From Emiliania huxleyi CCMP1516 (taxonomy: Eukaryota): a DNA stretch of 64,000 nucleotides. The notes beneath the pieces were generated by a model. The model saw only the letters and a program-made list of their open reading frames with translations. It was not told the origin of the DNA and made no database searches. Where the stretch lies: assembly GCF_000372725.1 (NCBI RefSeq), contig NW_005201259.1, forward strand, positions 97,015 through 161,014. Reading direction: 5' to 3'. The translations under genes were made by a program, and so were the position numbers. Below, one piece after another: positions 1-10,600 of this stretch; the first letter of the stretch is position 1; every line of letters starts with the position of its first letter.

Positions 1-620
1 GTAGCCACAAACGGCAACGGCGCCTCCAACGGCCCGGCCGGGCACGCGGGGGCGGGCGGCGGCAGCGACGACGACGAGAGCGATGAGGAGAGCGATGAGG
101 AGCCGACTGCCGCGCCGCCGCCGCCGCCCGCCGCCGCCGGCGGAGGAATCGATTTGCTGGGTGCGAGCAGCAGCTTACCTCCCCCGCCGCCGCCGCCGAG
201 CCCACGGCTGACGGCGCGCCCCCTCTCTCCGCCGCAGGCCTCGAGGACGCGCTGCCCGCGCCGGCGGCGGCCCTCGCCCTCGCGCCTGGCGCGTCGCTCG
301 ACCCAGCCGTCTTTCAGCAACAGTGGGGCGCACTGCCGACGGCAGACTCGTGGCAGCATCGCACGTCCCTCTCGGTTCCGCTCGAGCAGCTGTCGGCGCG
401 GTTCGGCACGCGACACGTCAAGACGATGGCTTTCGGCACCGTGGGGGACGCGTCCAAGTTCTACTTTTTCGCGCGCGAGGCGGGCGCTGCCGATACGCTG
501 CTGTTGTGCGAGCTCGTCGTCACTCGTTCGACTGGCGTCGCCGCCGCCACCATCAAGGCGACGGCGCCCGCACCCGTGCCGCTCTTCTCTTCCCTCGTGC
601 GCGAGCTGCTCTCGAGCTGA
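1..620 (+). CDS. 3' end of an adaptor-complex beta subunit (beta-adaptin C-terminal appendage, possibly AP-4 beta); 5' part outside window
   Basis: Frame ending TGA at 618-620 reads LDPAVFQQQWGALP...HVKTMAFGTVGDASKFYFFA...LLLCELVV...AAATIKA, which resembles the beta-adaptin appendage platform. Upstream exon structure not resolved. Confidence 0.6.
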
Positions 621-1155
621 TTCAGCGATCCAATCTCTGCGGCTCTCGGCGGTTGGGTGCCGCACAACTGTGGGGTCCCGTGATGGGAACGATGGAGAGA
701 GCCGGGGCGTAGTATAGGCGCCAAAGGTGACGCATCTCGCATTGTGCTCTCTTGTTCCTACGGCTTTTAGAGGCTAGAGAGGCCCGCCATTATTGGTCCG
801 CCACGCGCCCCTACGCCCTATAGTGACCGATCTTCATGCTCAAACAAACGCATGTCAGAGAAGCCTGTGCATGCGCTGGTCCTCTTTGATGTTTGAACGG
901 TCCGCGCGTGAGGTACCAGGTAGCATAGGGCCTTTTGTTCTGGGCGGCCCAGTCTGGGGGGGGCAGCAGCACAGCTTCGCTTGAGATGTTGGTTGTTGCG
1001 CTGCGGTTGGTTGCGATGAGCTGATTGGGATCGCAGAAGTGCATGCCAAGCACCGCCTCAAAGCTCAATCTTGAAGCAGAACACATCGCAACCGCATCGT
1101 CCGCACTGCCATCGGCATGCCGCGCCCGCCGCTTCGCTGTGCACCTGCAGCCGCC

Positions 1156-1289
1156 TGCGACGGTGTATCATTCACTGTATGCCACCGTTGCATATCCGGA
1201 TATGCAACGGTGGCATAAAGTGAATGATACACCGTCGCAAAACTGCAGGATATGCAACGGTGGCATAAAGTGAATGATACACCGTCGCA
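1156..1289. repeat. 84-bp loopless palindrome plus a third copy of the arm
   Basis: Arms 1156-1197 and 1198-1239 are reverse complements with 1 mismatch; the right arm recurs directly at 1248-1289. Confidence 0.95.
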
Positions 1290-1571
1290 CCGCCTTAAGA
1301 CACGCATAGCGGCAGCACATGGATCATGGTACGGTGCGGGTACTTGAGCAGGCGTTTGCGCGCCGCACAAGTAGCGCACTGGCCCTGGGAGGAAGCGATA
1401 TGGCGTCGTGCACGGCATACGTTGGTCGGGACGCGTCAAGGTATTTTTCGGGTAAAAACCTGGACTTTTTTTGACTTTTGCAGGTATACCCGGGTTTTTT
1501 ACCCGGAGTTGGCCTTGTGTCGTCTAACGGTTCATGGCCCCCGACCACAAAAAGCGTCTAAGTACTAAGGA

Positions 1572-1595
1572 GTAAGGTAAGGTAAGGTAAGGTAA
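1572..1595. repeat. (GTAAG)n microsatellite, possible retroposon tail
   Basis: gtaaggtaaggtaaggtaaggtaa. Confidence 0.7.
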
Positions 1596-2040
1596 ACGTC
1601 TCCACACACAAAAGTGGTGGGGCAAGGGGGGGCGACCCTCGCATCTCCACGCCCGGGACACGAGCAGGAGCCCCCCGGTACTAAGAGGTCTCCCGCCGCC
1701 TACGACTTTAAGCGCTGAGGCCTGAGCCCGGCTCCGTGTGCGGGGGCTAAGTTGAGCGCTCGCTCGCTGCAGAGGCTAAGTGTAGAGCGACCCTCTCTGC
1801 CCTACGACCCAACCATTGTCAAACAAGGCTTTACGTAAACCTCAAGAAAACAAAGCGGGCTCAAACCAAAGTTCCACAAAGTAACACGACATGCCGATCT
1901 CACTGACACTGTCTCGCTGTAGTATACGCGCGTATACGCGGGGCTACCGCGCAACGGCTCTGGTACACAGCCGCTAGCTACCTTACATGGTCACCACATG
2001 CCGTGCGACTGTGTCATCGAGCGGCGTGATGTCGGTTCGC

Positions 2041-3471
2041 TCAGATGACCTTGAGCTTTACGAGCTCAGTGGCGATACCGTCGAGCAACCTCACGTCGTC
2101 GACATTGTAGGGGCGCGCCGTGACCGGGGTGGCCGGGTCCGTCGCCGCGCCCCCTCTGCTCTTGGCGAGCGTGGGCGCGAACGCAGCGCGGAGGTCTTCA
2201 GGCGTGCCCTCGCGCGCGTCAAAGTGCGACGGCGCAATCATCCGGAAGTCCCAGCGCGCGAGGTCGTCGACCCAGCGCGCGAGCTCGGGCTGGACGCGGT
2301 CGCTCGCGTAGATGAGCGAGTCGGTGACGGGCGCCACCACCCACCGCCCCTCGAGCGCCTGGAAGGACGGCTTCGGATCGACGATCGTTGCTGGCGACGG
2401 CCCAAAGAAGAGCGAGAGGACGACGTTGCGCTCCCAGCCGCGCTGCAACTGCTCCGCCTCGCTCCCCTGCCGCCCCGGCGCGTCGCTCGTCCAGAGCTGG
2501 CCGATGTCCTTCGAGCCCGTGCCCTGCCAGTTCACTGCGCCCGCCGCGCGAAGGATGAGGCTGCCGAGCGAGCTGCTCCTCTCCGCGTTGTCGCCGATGG
2601 CGAGCAAGTTGGCCTCGTCGTACACGCGCGTCGGGGCGGAGGGCACGTTGACGAGCGCGTCGGTCAGCGCGAGGGTCTTCGTGTCCTTGTGCAGCAGCGC
2701 CGCCTCGTTCGCCGCGTACCCGAGACCGAGCCGCCTCCGCGGGTGCAGCAGCTTGACCTCGAACTCAGACGTGAGGTCGGGCGCGCCGGCATAGGCGGCA
2801 GAGCCGCCGGCCGTGTCGACGAGGTCGCCGCCGCCCGAGCCCTTGGTGTCGATGCCGAGCAGCGGCGACGGGAGGTCTACCGGGAAGGACCACTGGTCCG
2901 GCACCGCCCACACCTTTGCGGCGGGGAAGTGGCGCGAAAATGAGGGGACAAAGACCTTGTGCTCGTACGGCGTCGCGCCCAGGAGGATGTGGGAGACACC
3001 GTCGCTGTGGAGGGCCTCGAGCTGCTGCAGAAACTCCTGGGTCGGCGCCACCGGGTTGTACACCAGCAAGTGGTTGTCCCGCATTCGGAAGACGGTGCTC
3101 CGAATGTTCGCCGAGATACCCGAGAGCCGGATCTCCTGCTCGAAGCTGTAGACGCGATCCTTGACGAGCTCCGTCTCGACCGTACGGCGCTCAGTGAACG
3201 GGCCGAGCGGAAAGGGAAAGCCGGTGAATAGGAGGTATTCGCGGCTGGGGGCCGCGGCGGCGGCCGCACGTTGCTCGATCGCCGGCGGCTCGGCAAAGGC
3301 GATGCCGGAGAGCGGTGACTGCGGCACGGCGCTGGAGAGGAACACGGCCAGCGCTAAGAGGCCGCCCTTCGCGCCGTGGCTCGGGCCGTGGCTCGGACCG
3401 TGGCTCGGGCGCGCGCTGCGGAGCAGCGACCGGGCGATCGCCATACGAGCGAGACGGCTCGGCAAGTGCAT
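2041..3471 (-). CDS. DUF4336-family protein (cyanobacterial/plastid-type), intronless
   Basis: Motifs FPLGPFTERRTVETELVKDRVYSFEQ, LLVYNPVAPT, EHKVFV, VWAVPDQWSFP, TLALTDALV, WDFRMIAPSHF. ATG at 3471 (or 3444); the longer ORF-track version only reads through a microsatellite and a repeat. Confidence 0.8.
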   Translation of the reverse strand: MHLPSRLARMAIARSLLRSARPSHGPSHGPSHGAKGGLLALAVFLSSAVPQSPLSGIAFAEPPAIEQRAAAAAAPSREYLLFTGFPFPLGPFTERRTVETELVKDRVYSFEQEIRLSGISANIRSTVFRMRDNHLLVYNPVAPTQEFLQQLEALHSDGVSHILLGATPYEHKVFVPSFSRHFPAAKVWAVPDQWSFPVDLPSPLLGIDTKGSGGGDLVDTAGGSAAYAGAPDLTSEFEVKLLHPRRRLGLGYAANEAALLHKDTKTLALTDALVNVPSAPTRVYDEANLLAIGDNAERSSSLGSLILRAAGAVNWQGTGSKDIGQLWTSDAPGRQGSEAEQLQRGWERNVVLSLFFGPSPATIVDPKPSFQALEGRWVVAPVTDSLIYASDRVQPELARWVDDLARWDFRMIAPSHFDAREGTPEDLRAAFAPTLAKSRGGAATDPATPVTARPYNVDDVRLLDGIATELVKLKVI

Positions 3472-3543
3472 CGACACCTGGGCTCGTAGGAATGCTCGTG
3501 CCGAGGAATGTATGGGAATTTTCGAGAGGAAAGGACGGTCCTG

Positions 3544-3700
<157 letters not shown>

Positions 3701-3702
3701 CT

Positions 3703-4098
3703 GAGGGCCCAACAGGAGAATCGTGCTTTGAGTGGGGTTGTTTGGTGTTGGGTTGGGTTTTGGTTGCGTTGGGTTGTTGTTCCGCGTAAGGTTGGGTCGT
3801 CGGCGCGAAGGGTGAGGTCTCGACCGCCGCCGCTCACGCCAGCGGACGGCCACCATCGGTGTTTTTGGCTTCGCCACCGTCCAAAGCGTGCGCAATGAGC
3901 TCGCCGGCATCGAGCGAGCACGCCTGTCCGACGAGCGGCTTGCTGTGCGGACGCCTTCTCGTGGCTCTCGCCGAGAGCGTTTTGCGTCCCGGTGGGTGGG
4001 AGAATATGTGATAGGAACGAGTGTATCGCTTTGACGGATCGACCGTGGCTTGTTATCAAGACCGATGTGACGCACACAGTGACACATCAGACGACATG
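3703..4098. mobile_element. Half copy (one arm plus core) of the GAGGGCCCAAC foldback element
   Basis: Starts gagggcccaacaggagaatcgtgc; matches the arms and the reverse-complemented core of 17991-18667. Confidence 0.85.
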
Positions 4099-4173
4099 GC
4101 TCGTACTCGAGTATAGGAATTCAGGTGGGGAATTTTCGAGGAAAGGACGGCCGCTCGCTCCTCTCTCCTCTCT

Positions 4174-4500
4174 CTTGAGCACTTGAGCACTGGATAGGGC
4201 CGATTCCGCGTGGTACGGGACCCCTCGATCGTCTCGCCCTCCCTCACTGGTGTGTTCATCGGGGGGGGTCATAACAAACACGGTACAGGATCGAGGTGCA
4301 CGCTGCCGAAGCAGTGTCGTCCCCCCTCTCCCCGACGGCGATGGCGGTGTGACCGATCGAGCTACAAGAGGAGCTCGTTCAGCAGGATCCGGGTTGGTCT
4401 GGCGCACTACCTCACTGGGCCTGAGATCGCACGACGCTTCCCGTCACCGTCTCGGGTTTGTGTGGGATCGAACCACTCCGGGATGGGCAAGCCCATCAAT
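4174..4500 (-). mobile_element. Dispersed repeat, probable non-autonomous retroposon 3' end with (AGTGCTCA)n tail
   Basis: Near-identical to 62192-62519; both begin cttgagcacttgagcactggatagggccg on the + strand. Confidence 0.7.
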
Positions 4501-5015
4501 TTTCACTGTGTTTCTCCCCTGCACCTGCAGGGGATAACGGGGGAGGGGTTGGCTATATCTGGGACGGAGGGGAAGAGGAGGAAAGGGAGGACGGGGGGGG
4601 GGGGGGACTGAGGAGGGGAGCGGGGGGGGGGGGCTCAAAAAACCAAAAGCTGCTGTCATAACAACTCGGAATCCTATTACACCCCCCAAGACTCGTAGCA
4701 ACTCCCAAACGTATTACCCCCCCAGAGACTCTTTGCAAGGGGAACCAGTGCCCTCCTCAGGGGGGCCAACCCTCACGCCGGGGGGGTCTCCTCCCCTTTT
4801 TCTGACCCCCTTTCCCTCTATCTCTCTGACACCGGCGAAGGGGCGGAACCGCCCCCTCCGCAAGGCTAGAAACCTGGAATTGATGCAGATATAGCTCTGC
4901 AGGCTATGGCTGGACATTTTGCGCGCGCGAAGGATGTGCGCGAACTGTCTCGAACGCGCGCTCGCCGCGCCCTTTAGCGGAATCCTACTGTCATGAAACG
5001 AATATGCTGGACCGC

Positions 5016-5115
5016 NNNNNNNNNNNNNNNNNNNNNNNNNNNNNNNNNNNNNNNNNNNNNNNNNNNNNNNNNNNNNNNNNNNNNNNNNNNNNNNNNNNNN
5101 NNNNNNNNNNNNNNN
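5016..5115. other. Assembly gap
   Basis: N run. Confidence 1.
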
Positions 5116-5307
5116 CTCTCTCTCCCTCTCTCCCTCCCTCTCTCTCCCCCTCCCTCTCTCTCCCTCTCCCTCCCTCCCCTCCCTCTCTCTCCCCCTCCCT
5201 CCCTCCCTCCGCCCCCCTCCCCCTCCCTCTCTCTCCCTCCCTCAAAAAAAGAAATTGATTTTAGAACACGTTTGTGGAAAGGTGGTCGGCGCAGGATAAA
5301 TTGCAGC

Positions 5308-6337
5308 ATGCACCCGAAGGCTGAGAAGGCCGCCTCCGGCGTTCCGATCATTTCGGTCGAGTCGCCGCCATCGGAGGCGACGACGGAGGCCCCGCCGAGT
5401 AACACCGAGCTTTCCTCCGACCGCGACGCCGCCGCCATTCTCCTCCTGGCCGCCGCGTCTGCGGCTAGCGACACCGCCGAGGGCACCGGCACCACCGCTG
5501 CCGGTGAGATCCCGGCCAAGGTGGCGCGCACGCGCGCTCGCAAGGCAGCGAGCGCGCGGACGTACCGCGTCATCCAGAAGGGTTACCTCTTTGGCCTCGA
5601 GGACGAGCTGGCCACACTCACCCGCGCCGAGGCGGCGCTGGTGGGCGAGGCGGTGAGCACCAGAGTGTTGCGTCCGCACCGCTGTGCGGCGGCGAGGCGC
5701 GTGAGCCTTAGCCCGCGTGCATGTAGGCGCGCGTCGGCGCGCAGGCGCCGCCGAGAGCCGAGCTCCCCTCCCCTGCGGCTGCTCCGACCGAGGAGGGCGA
5801 CGGCCCAGAGCCGCCGAGCTGGAGGGACGACCCAGACTCAAAGCTGCTGAGCCGGCGGGAGAAGAAGATGCTCGCAGCGAGGGAGGCGCGGCGGCGCAAG
5901 CGCGACTCGCTCGCGCGGCTCGAGGCAGAGGCGGAGCCGCTAGATGCGGCAGGGGGTTGAATCTCCACACAATCACGCGGTAATGAATGAAGCGCACCGC
6001 ACCGCGCTCGCGGGCCGTGCGATCCTGCCCGGCCGACGCAGACGCGCGAGCCCACTAGGTGGCGGCGCTGCGCACGCGCGTGGCGGAGCTGCGGGGCGTG
6101 GTGGAGGGTGCAGGCGGCCAGGTGGATGCCGAGGCGGCGGCGGTGGCGGCCGTGCCGCGCTCTTCTGACGCGAGCTCCTCGTCGGGGACGTCCGCGGTGG
6201 AGGAGGGCGGCGCGGGGGAGGAGGAGTCGCCGGCCAAGAAGCAGAAGGCCGCGGGCGCCGCCGCCGCAGGCGCCGTCCCCCCTCGCTCCCGTCTGTCTCT
6301 CCGTCTCTCCAACGCAGCGTCCGCTGCCCCCGGTACC
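5308..6337 (+). CDS. bZIP-like transcription factor (exons 5308-5649 and 6059 into gap); 3' end lost in gap
   Basis: Basic region RTRARKAASARTYR, then x9-L. Splicing a GC-AG intron at 5650-6058 gives LEDELATLTRAEAALVGE/VAALRTRVAEL with five leucines in exact heptad spacing. Confidence 0.7.
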
Positions 6338-6536
6338 NNNNNNNNNNNNNNNNNNNNNNNNNNNNNNNNNNNNNNNNNNNNNNNNNNNNNNNNNNNNNNN
6401 NNNNNNNNNNNNNNNNNNNNNNNNNNNNNNNNNNNNNNNNNNNNNNNNNNNNNNNNNNNNNNNNNNNNNNNNNNNNNNNNNNNNNNNNNNNNNNNNNNNN
6501 NNNNNNNNNNNNNNNNNNNNNNNNNNNNNNNNNNNN
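6338..6536. other. Assembly gap
   Basis: N run. Confidence 1.
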
Positions 6537-6817
6537 GGATAGAACACCACTGAGGTCCTTTTGGGTGGGGCCCCGCCCCCTCGAAAGGGGTCGCCGGTTA
6601 GCCCCCCCCCCCCCCCCTCTCTCTTACCATAGGGTCTCGCGAGTCGTCCAGAAGCTCGCGGTGTAGCATTTTCTCTACTATTTAATGGGCGTTTTATTCA
6701 TTGGCGCGGGGGGCCGGGGCGCCCCCCCCGCGGGCCGCGCGGCCCGCGCCCCGGATGTCATGGATCGGCCGCACATTGTGGTCATTGCTCGGTACCCCCC
6801 CTGCACATCTAAAGTCA

Positions 6818-6910
6818 TCCCTGCTGCTAGGGGGGGGGGGGTCTGACCCCCCCAGCAGCAGAGCGCTGCTGCTGGGGGGTGGGGGTCCCGAGACCCCCCC
6901 AGCAGCAGAG
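6818..6910. repeat. GC-rich multi-hairpin element, copy 1
   Basis: Alternating CTGCTGCT-Gn and Cn-AGCAGCAG modules. Confidence 0.8.
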
Positions 6911-7467
6911 GAGAGGGCATTTGGACCTCCAGCTCTCCCGGCTCCCGCCTCTTCGCCGCCGCCGCCCCCTCCCACCTCGGCTCGTGTTTTAGTGGTACGC
7001 TCGAGGCGGCTGTGTTCACCGCGCCTTCGAGCCCAATACACCTTCGTCGTGTCGAGTGCTGGCGTTTTACTAAAGACTTGTGACCATGTGAGTGTCTCGT
7101 TTCTTGTACTACCTCTACCACACTACTGTAAAAGCCGTATAGTGAGCCACTCACTCGGGCGTCTCGGCTGACGTTGATCGATCAGCGTTGATCTCTCCGC
7201 TAGCCTATCGGTCCCCCGCTCGATCCTTGGGTCGCTCGCTCGTCGAAATCGATCGACTGAGCTTAGAGACTTTTCTTTTTTCGAAACGCGCGCGCGGCCC
7301 GTCGCGCGGCAAAACTGTCAGGTCCGCCGCGACGCGTCGCCGCAATGGCGGGCACCGACGTGGTGGAAGCCATGCGGCTCGCCCTCAAGCCATTTAATAT
7401 CCAGCACCTCGCCGACGACTGGAACGCTAACCGTACTTACTTACAGCTGTCGGTACAGAGATGCCAG

Positions 7468-7529
7468 CACCCCCCAGCAGCAGAGCGCTGCTGCTGGGGG
7501 GGGGGTCCCGACACCCCCCAGCAGCAGAG
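7468..7529. repeat. GC-rich multi-hairpin element, copy 2
   Basis: Cn-agcagcagagcgctgctgct-Gn-tcccgaca-Cn-agcagcagag; same core as 6847-6910. Confidence 0.8.
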
Positions 7530-7660
7530 TCAAAAAATCTCTCAGAACGACTCACACGCAGACACGTGCGGACACGCGACACAGAGTGGCATAAAGCTGC
7601 AAAGTCTGGGACTTTCTCGCGACTTGCGCGTGTCTGTGTGGCCCACGCTGCCGCGACACA

Positions 7661-10600
7661 TCATAGCGACTGCAAGGCCTGATCATCCCTCATCGGCGCC
7701 TTGCCGCCCTTGCCGGCGTCCCCGTCGCTGCCATCCGGATCGCTAGGACATCGTGCCGTGCTACCGGCGCAGCGGGCACGCCACAGCAGAACCCCGATTG
7801 CTCCGATCCCCACGATAGCCCCGACCGCAATCGCCGCAACCACTCCGGTGCTCATGCCGCCGCCGCTGCCGCCGCCGCTGTCATGAGCCCCGCCGAAGCT
7901 CGCCACTCGTGCCTCGAGCGCCGCCAGCTCATCGCCGTCGAGCGATCCGTCCCCGTCGGTATCTGCCGCGACTACCTGCTGCGTGGATATGGAAACGCCA
8001 CTGAGCGCCTCCAGCCGCAGCCGCAGCTGCTCAACGTTGACATCACGCAGGTGCATTTGAGCACCGGGAGTGAAGAGCGAGAGGTTGCCTGCTGCCCCCA
8101 CCAGCTCGCCGTCCACCGCCCAAACGCTCAGCCGGAACTGCCGCGATGTGACCCTCGAGCCTTCGACCACCACGACTGTCACCACCGTCGAGCTGCCTGC
8201 GGACGCACCCTCGGCGAGGGCCCACGTCAGCTCGGCGCCGCTATTCCCGCTGACGAAGACAAACGAGGCCGACGCCACGACCCTCTCATCACTCGACACG
8301 GCCGCCACCCAATCCTCATCGTTCTTCGACAACCCCTGCAACACGACCCTCTGCGCCCCCTCTCCCGTCGCTGACAAGATGTCCAGCGCTAGTGGCGCTG
8401 ACGCTTCTGCGCAATCGTCGCCCACGAAGTCGCCGGAGCACACGCAAGCACCACTCACTACATCACAGACGCCGTTGCCGGAGCAGCCGTCGCCCGGACA
8501 ATCGATCGGCGGCGGGGTCACCGGCAGCGCCATCTGCTCGGCGGTCAGCGTGGTACGACTCACTTCGAACAGACCGCCCGCCGAGAAGCCCATCACCTCG
8601 GGCTGCATCTCGATGAGCGCCTGCGCTGGCGGGCGCACAAACACGCCGGACGTCACCGCCACGGCCTCGAAACTCAGCGTGACGGTCCCCGCGCGCATCC
8701 CGTGCGCGCTATGCCATGTCACCTTGTCCACCATCGTCTGCCGTTCCCACAGAGGGCAGAACCACCACCCACCCCTCCACAACGAGGTCCGCCTTCGGCC
8801 CGCGTACACTGGGGGCCACGGGCCAGGGTCATCACAGCCGTCCGAGCCGCCGCCGCCCTCGCCGACGTTTGGGTCGAGGGGCTCCAGCCCGGCTGGTAGC
8901 CAACCCTCCACACGAACGCTGCTGGCGATGTCGTCGGGCGAGGTGACCTGGATGGTGACGGCCACCACCGAACCGAGGTGACAGCTGCGCAGCGGCGGGC
9001 CTGACGGGTTGCCACTAACCACGAGCCGGATCGCCATCTCGACAAGGAGACCACGGTAGACTGGCCCCGGTGGTGGGTCGGTTGGCACAAAACGGAGACC
9101 AGCAGCGACATTGATCTGCCCGCTGCCGCGCGCCCAGAACACCAGCGGCGCGGGCGGCGAGTCGAGCGCCTGCCACGAGGTCGACGATGCGAGCGCCTCC
9201 CGCGATGCAGGCGTGAACCGCCCGTGGAGCAGCCGCACAGGGCCGCTGCTGGCGGTGAAGTTGACGTCAGGCGTATCCGAGCCAACATGCACGTCGTACT
9301 CAGCCAAGGCGAAGATCCGCGCCACCCCGGCCGAGCCGCCGCCGCCGCCACCACCAACGACCCCTGGGCCCCACTGCGCTCCTCCTTGCGCGATGTAGTT
9401 GGCCAACTTTTGCAGCAGCAGTAACGGGATCGGCGATCGGTCGGCGCACAGCAGCGACCCGCGCGCGACCAGCGCCTGCACGCTCATGCCCTGGGCGTGC
9501 GCCGAACCGTCGTGGGCAAGGTATGCCGTGCGGCCCGTCGCCCGAAGCTGATTGGCCAAGTCCGTCAGCAGCTTCAGCGCGTCGCGGTCAGCAGGGGACT
9601 CGCGCAGCAGGATGAGGGCGGTCGCCGCAGAGCAGTAGGAGCCACACGTCCCGTCCTTGGCCGCAGCGACGAGCCGCTCCATCGAAGTGAGCGAGGTGGC
9701 GTCGGCGTCCAGCCCGGGGAGATCGGCGACGCCAAGCGACAGCCGCACGCGCGCCACAGCGTCGTAGCCTCGGAAGGGATACCCGTTCTGCCTCGATGTG
9801 TCGACCTCCTGCGCGAGCGCCTCGCTGAGCGCGGCGGTCCACTGCACTCTGAGCCGCGATGCGCTCGCGGTCTGGGCGGCCGTCACCGCGCTCAGCGGCC
9901 GCCGCTCTGCGTCGCTGAGCACCTCGAGCGCCCAAGCGGTCAGCGGCAGGTCGATTGACCTGCGCTGCGGGACCCGGAGCGAGCTGCGGAGCCCAGAGCC
10001 GTCCGTCATCTCCTCCAACAGTGTGAGGCTCGACCCAAACACGTCGGCCGCCGCCCGAGCCGCCTCGTCGGCTTCGCCAAGGTACTCTTCGAGCACCGGC
10101 AGCGCGGCCAGCGAGTTGACGACCGACATGGAGGAGCAATACCTTGTGCGGTCCTCGCACGGCTCTGGCGCCACCAGTGCAGAGCTGATGGCCCGCACTG
10201 CCGGCAGGTAGCCCACGCCGGCGATGAGATCGAGGGAGCCGCTGCCGGGTGTCGCCTTTGGCAATGCCAGCCCCTCGGTCCACGGCGTGCCGGCCTCGGA
10301 GGCGGTGATGGGCATCGAGGTGGCCACAAAAATCTCCTGTTGGGGCGAGAGGACCGGAACGCTCGCCGACAACGCGTCGGACGTCTCGCTCGCGGCGACA
10401 GCAAACACGAGGTCAGCCCGGGCCATCGACGCCGCAGAAAAGTTGAAGGTCACCTCCCGCGGCCGCGAGCCGTCGACAGACACCGTCTGCGAGCCGGCGG
10501 AGGTAAGGGCGAGCCCGCCCGAAGCCAGCACGGAGAGAGTCACCTCCTCGCTAAACGTCGGGTCTGCCGCGGTGACCGTCACGCCGCAGGAAAAGTGGTC

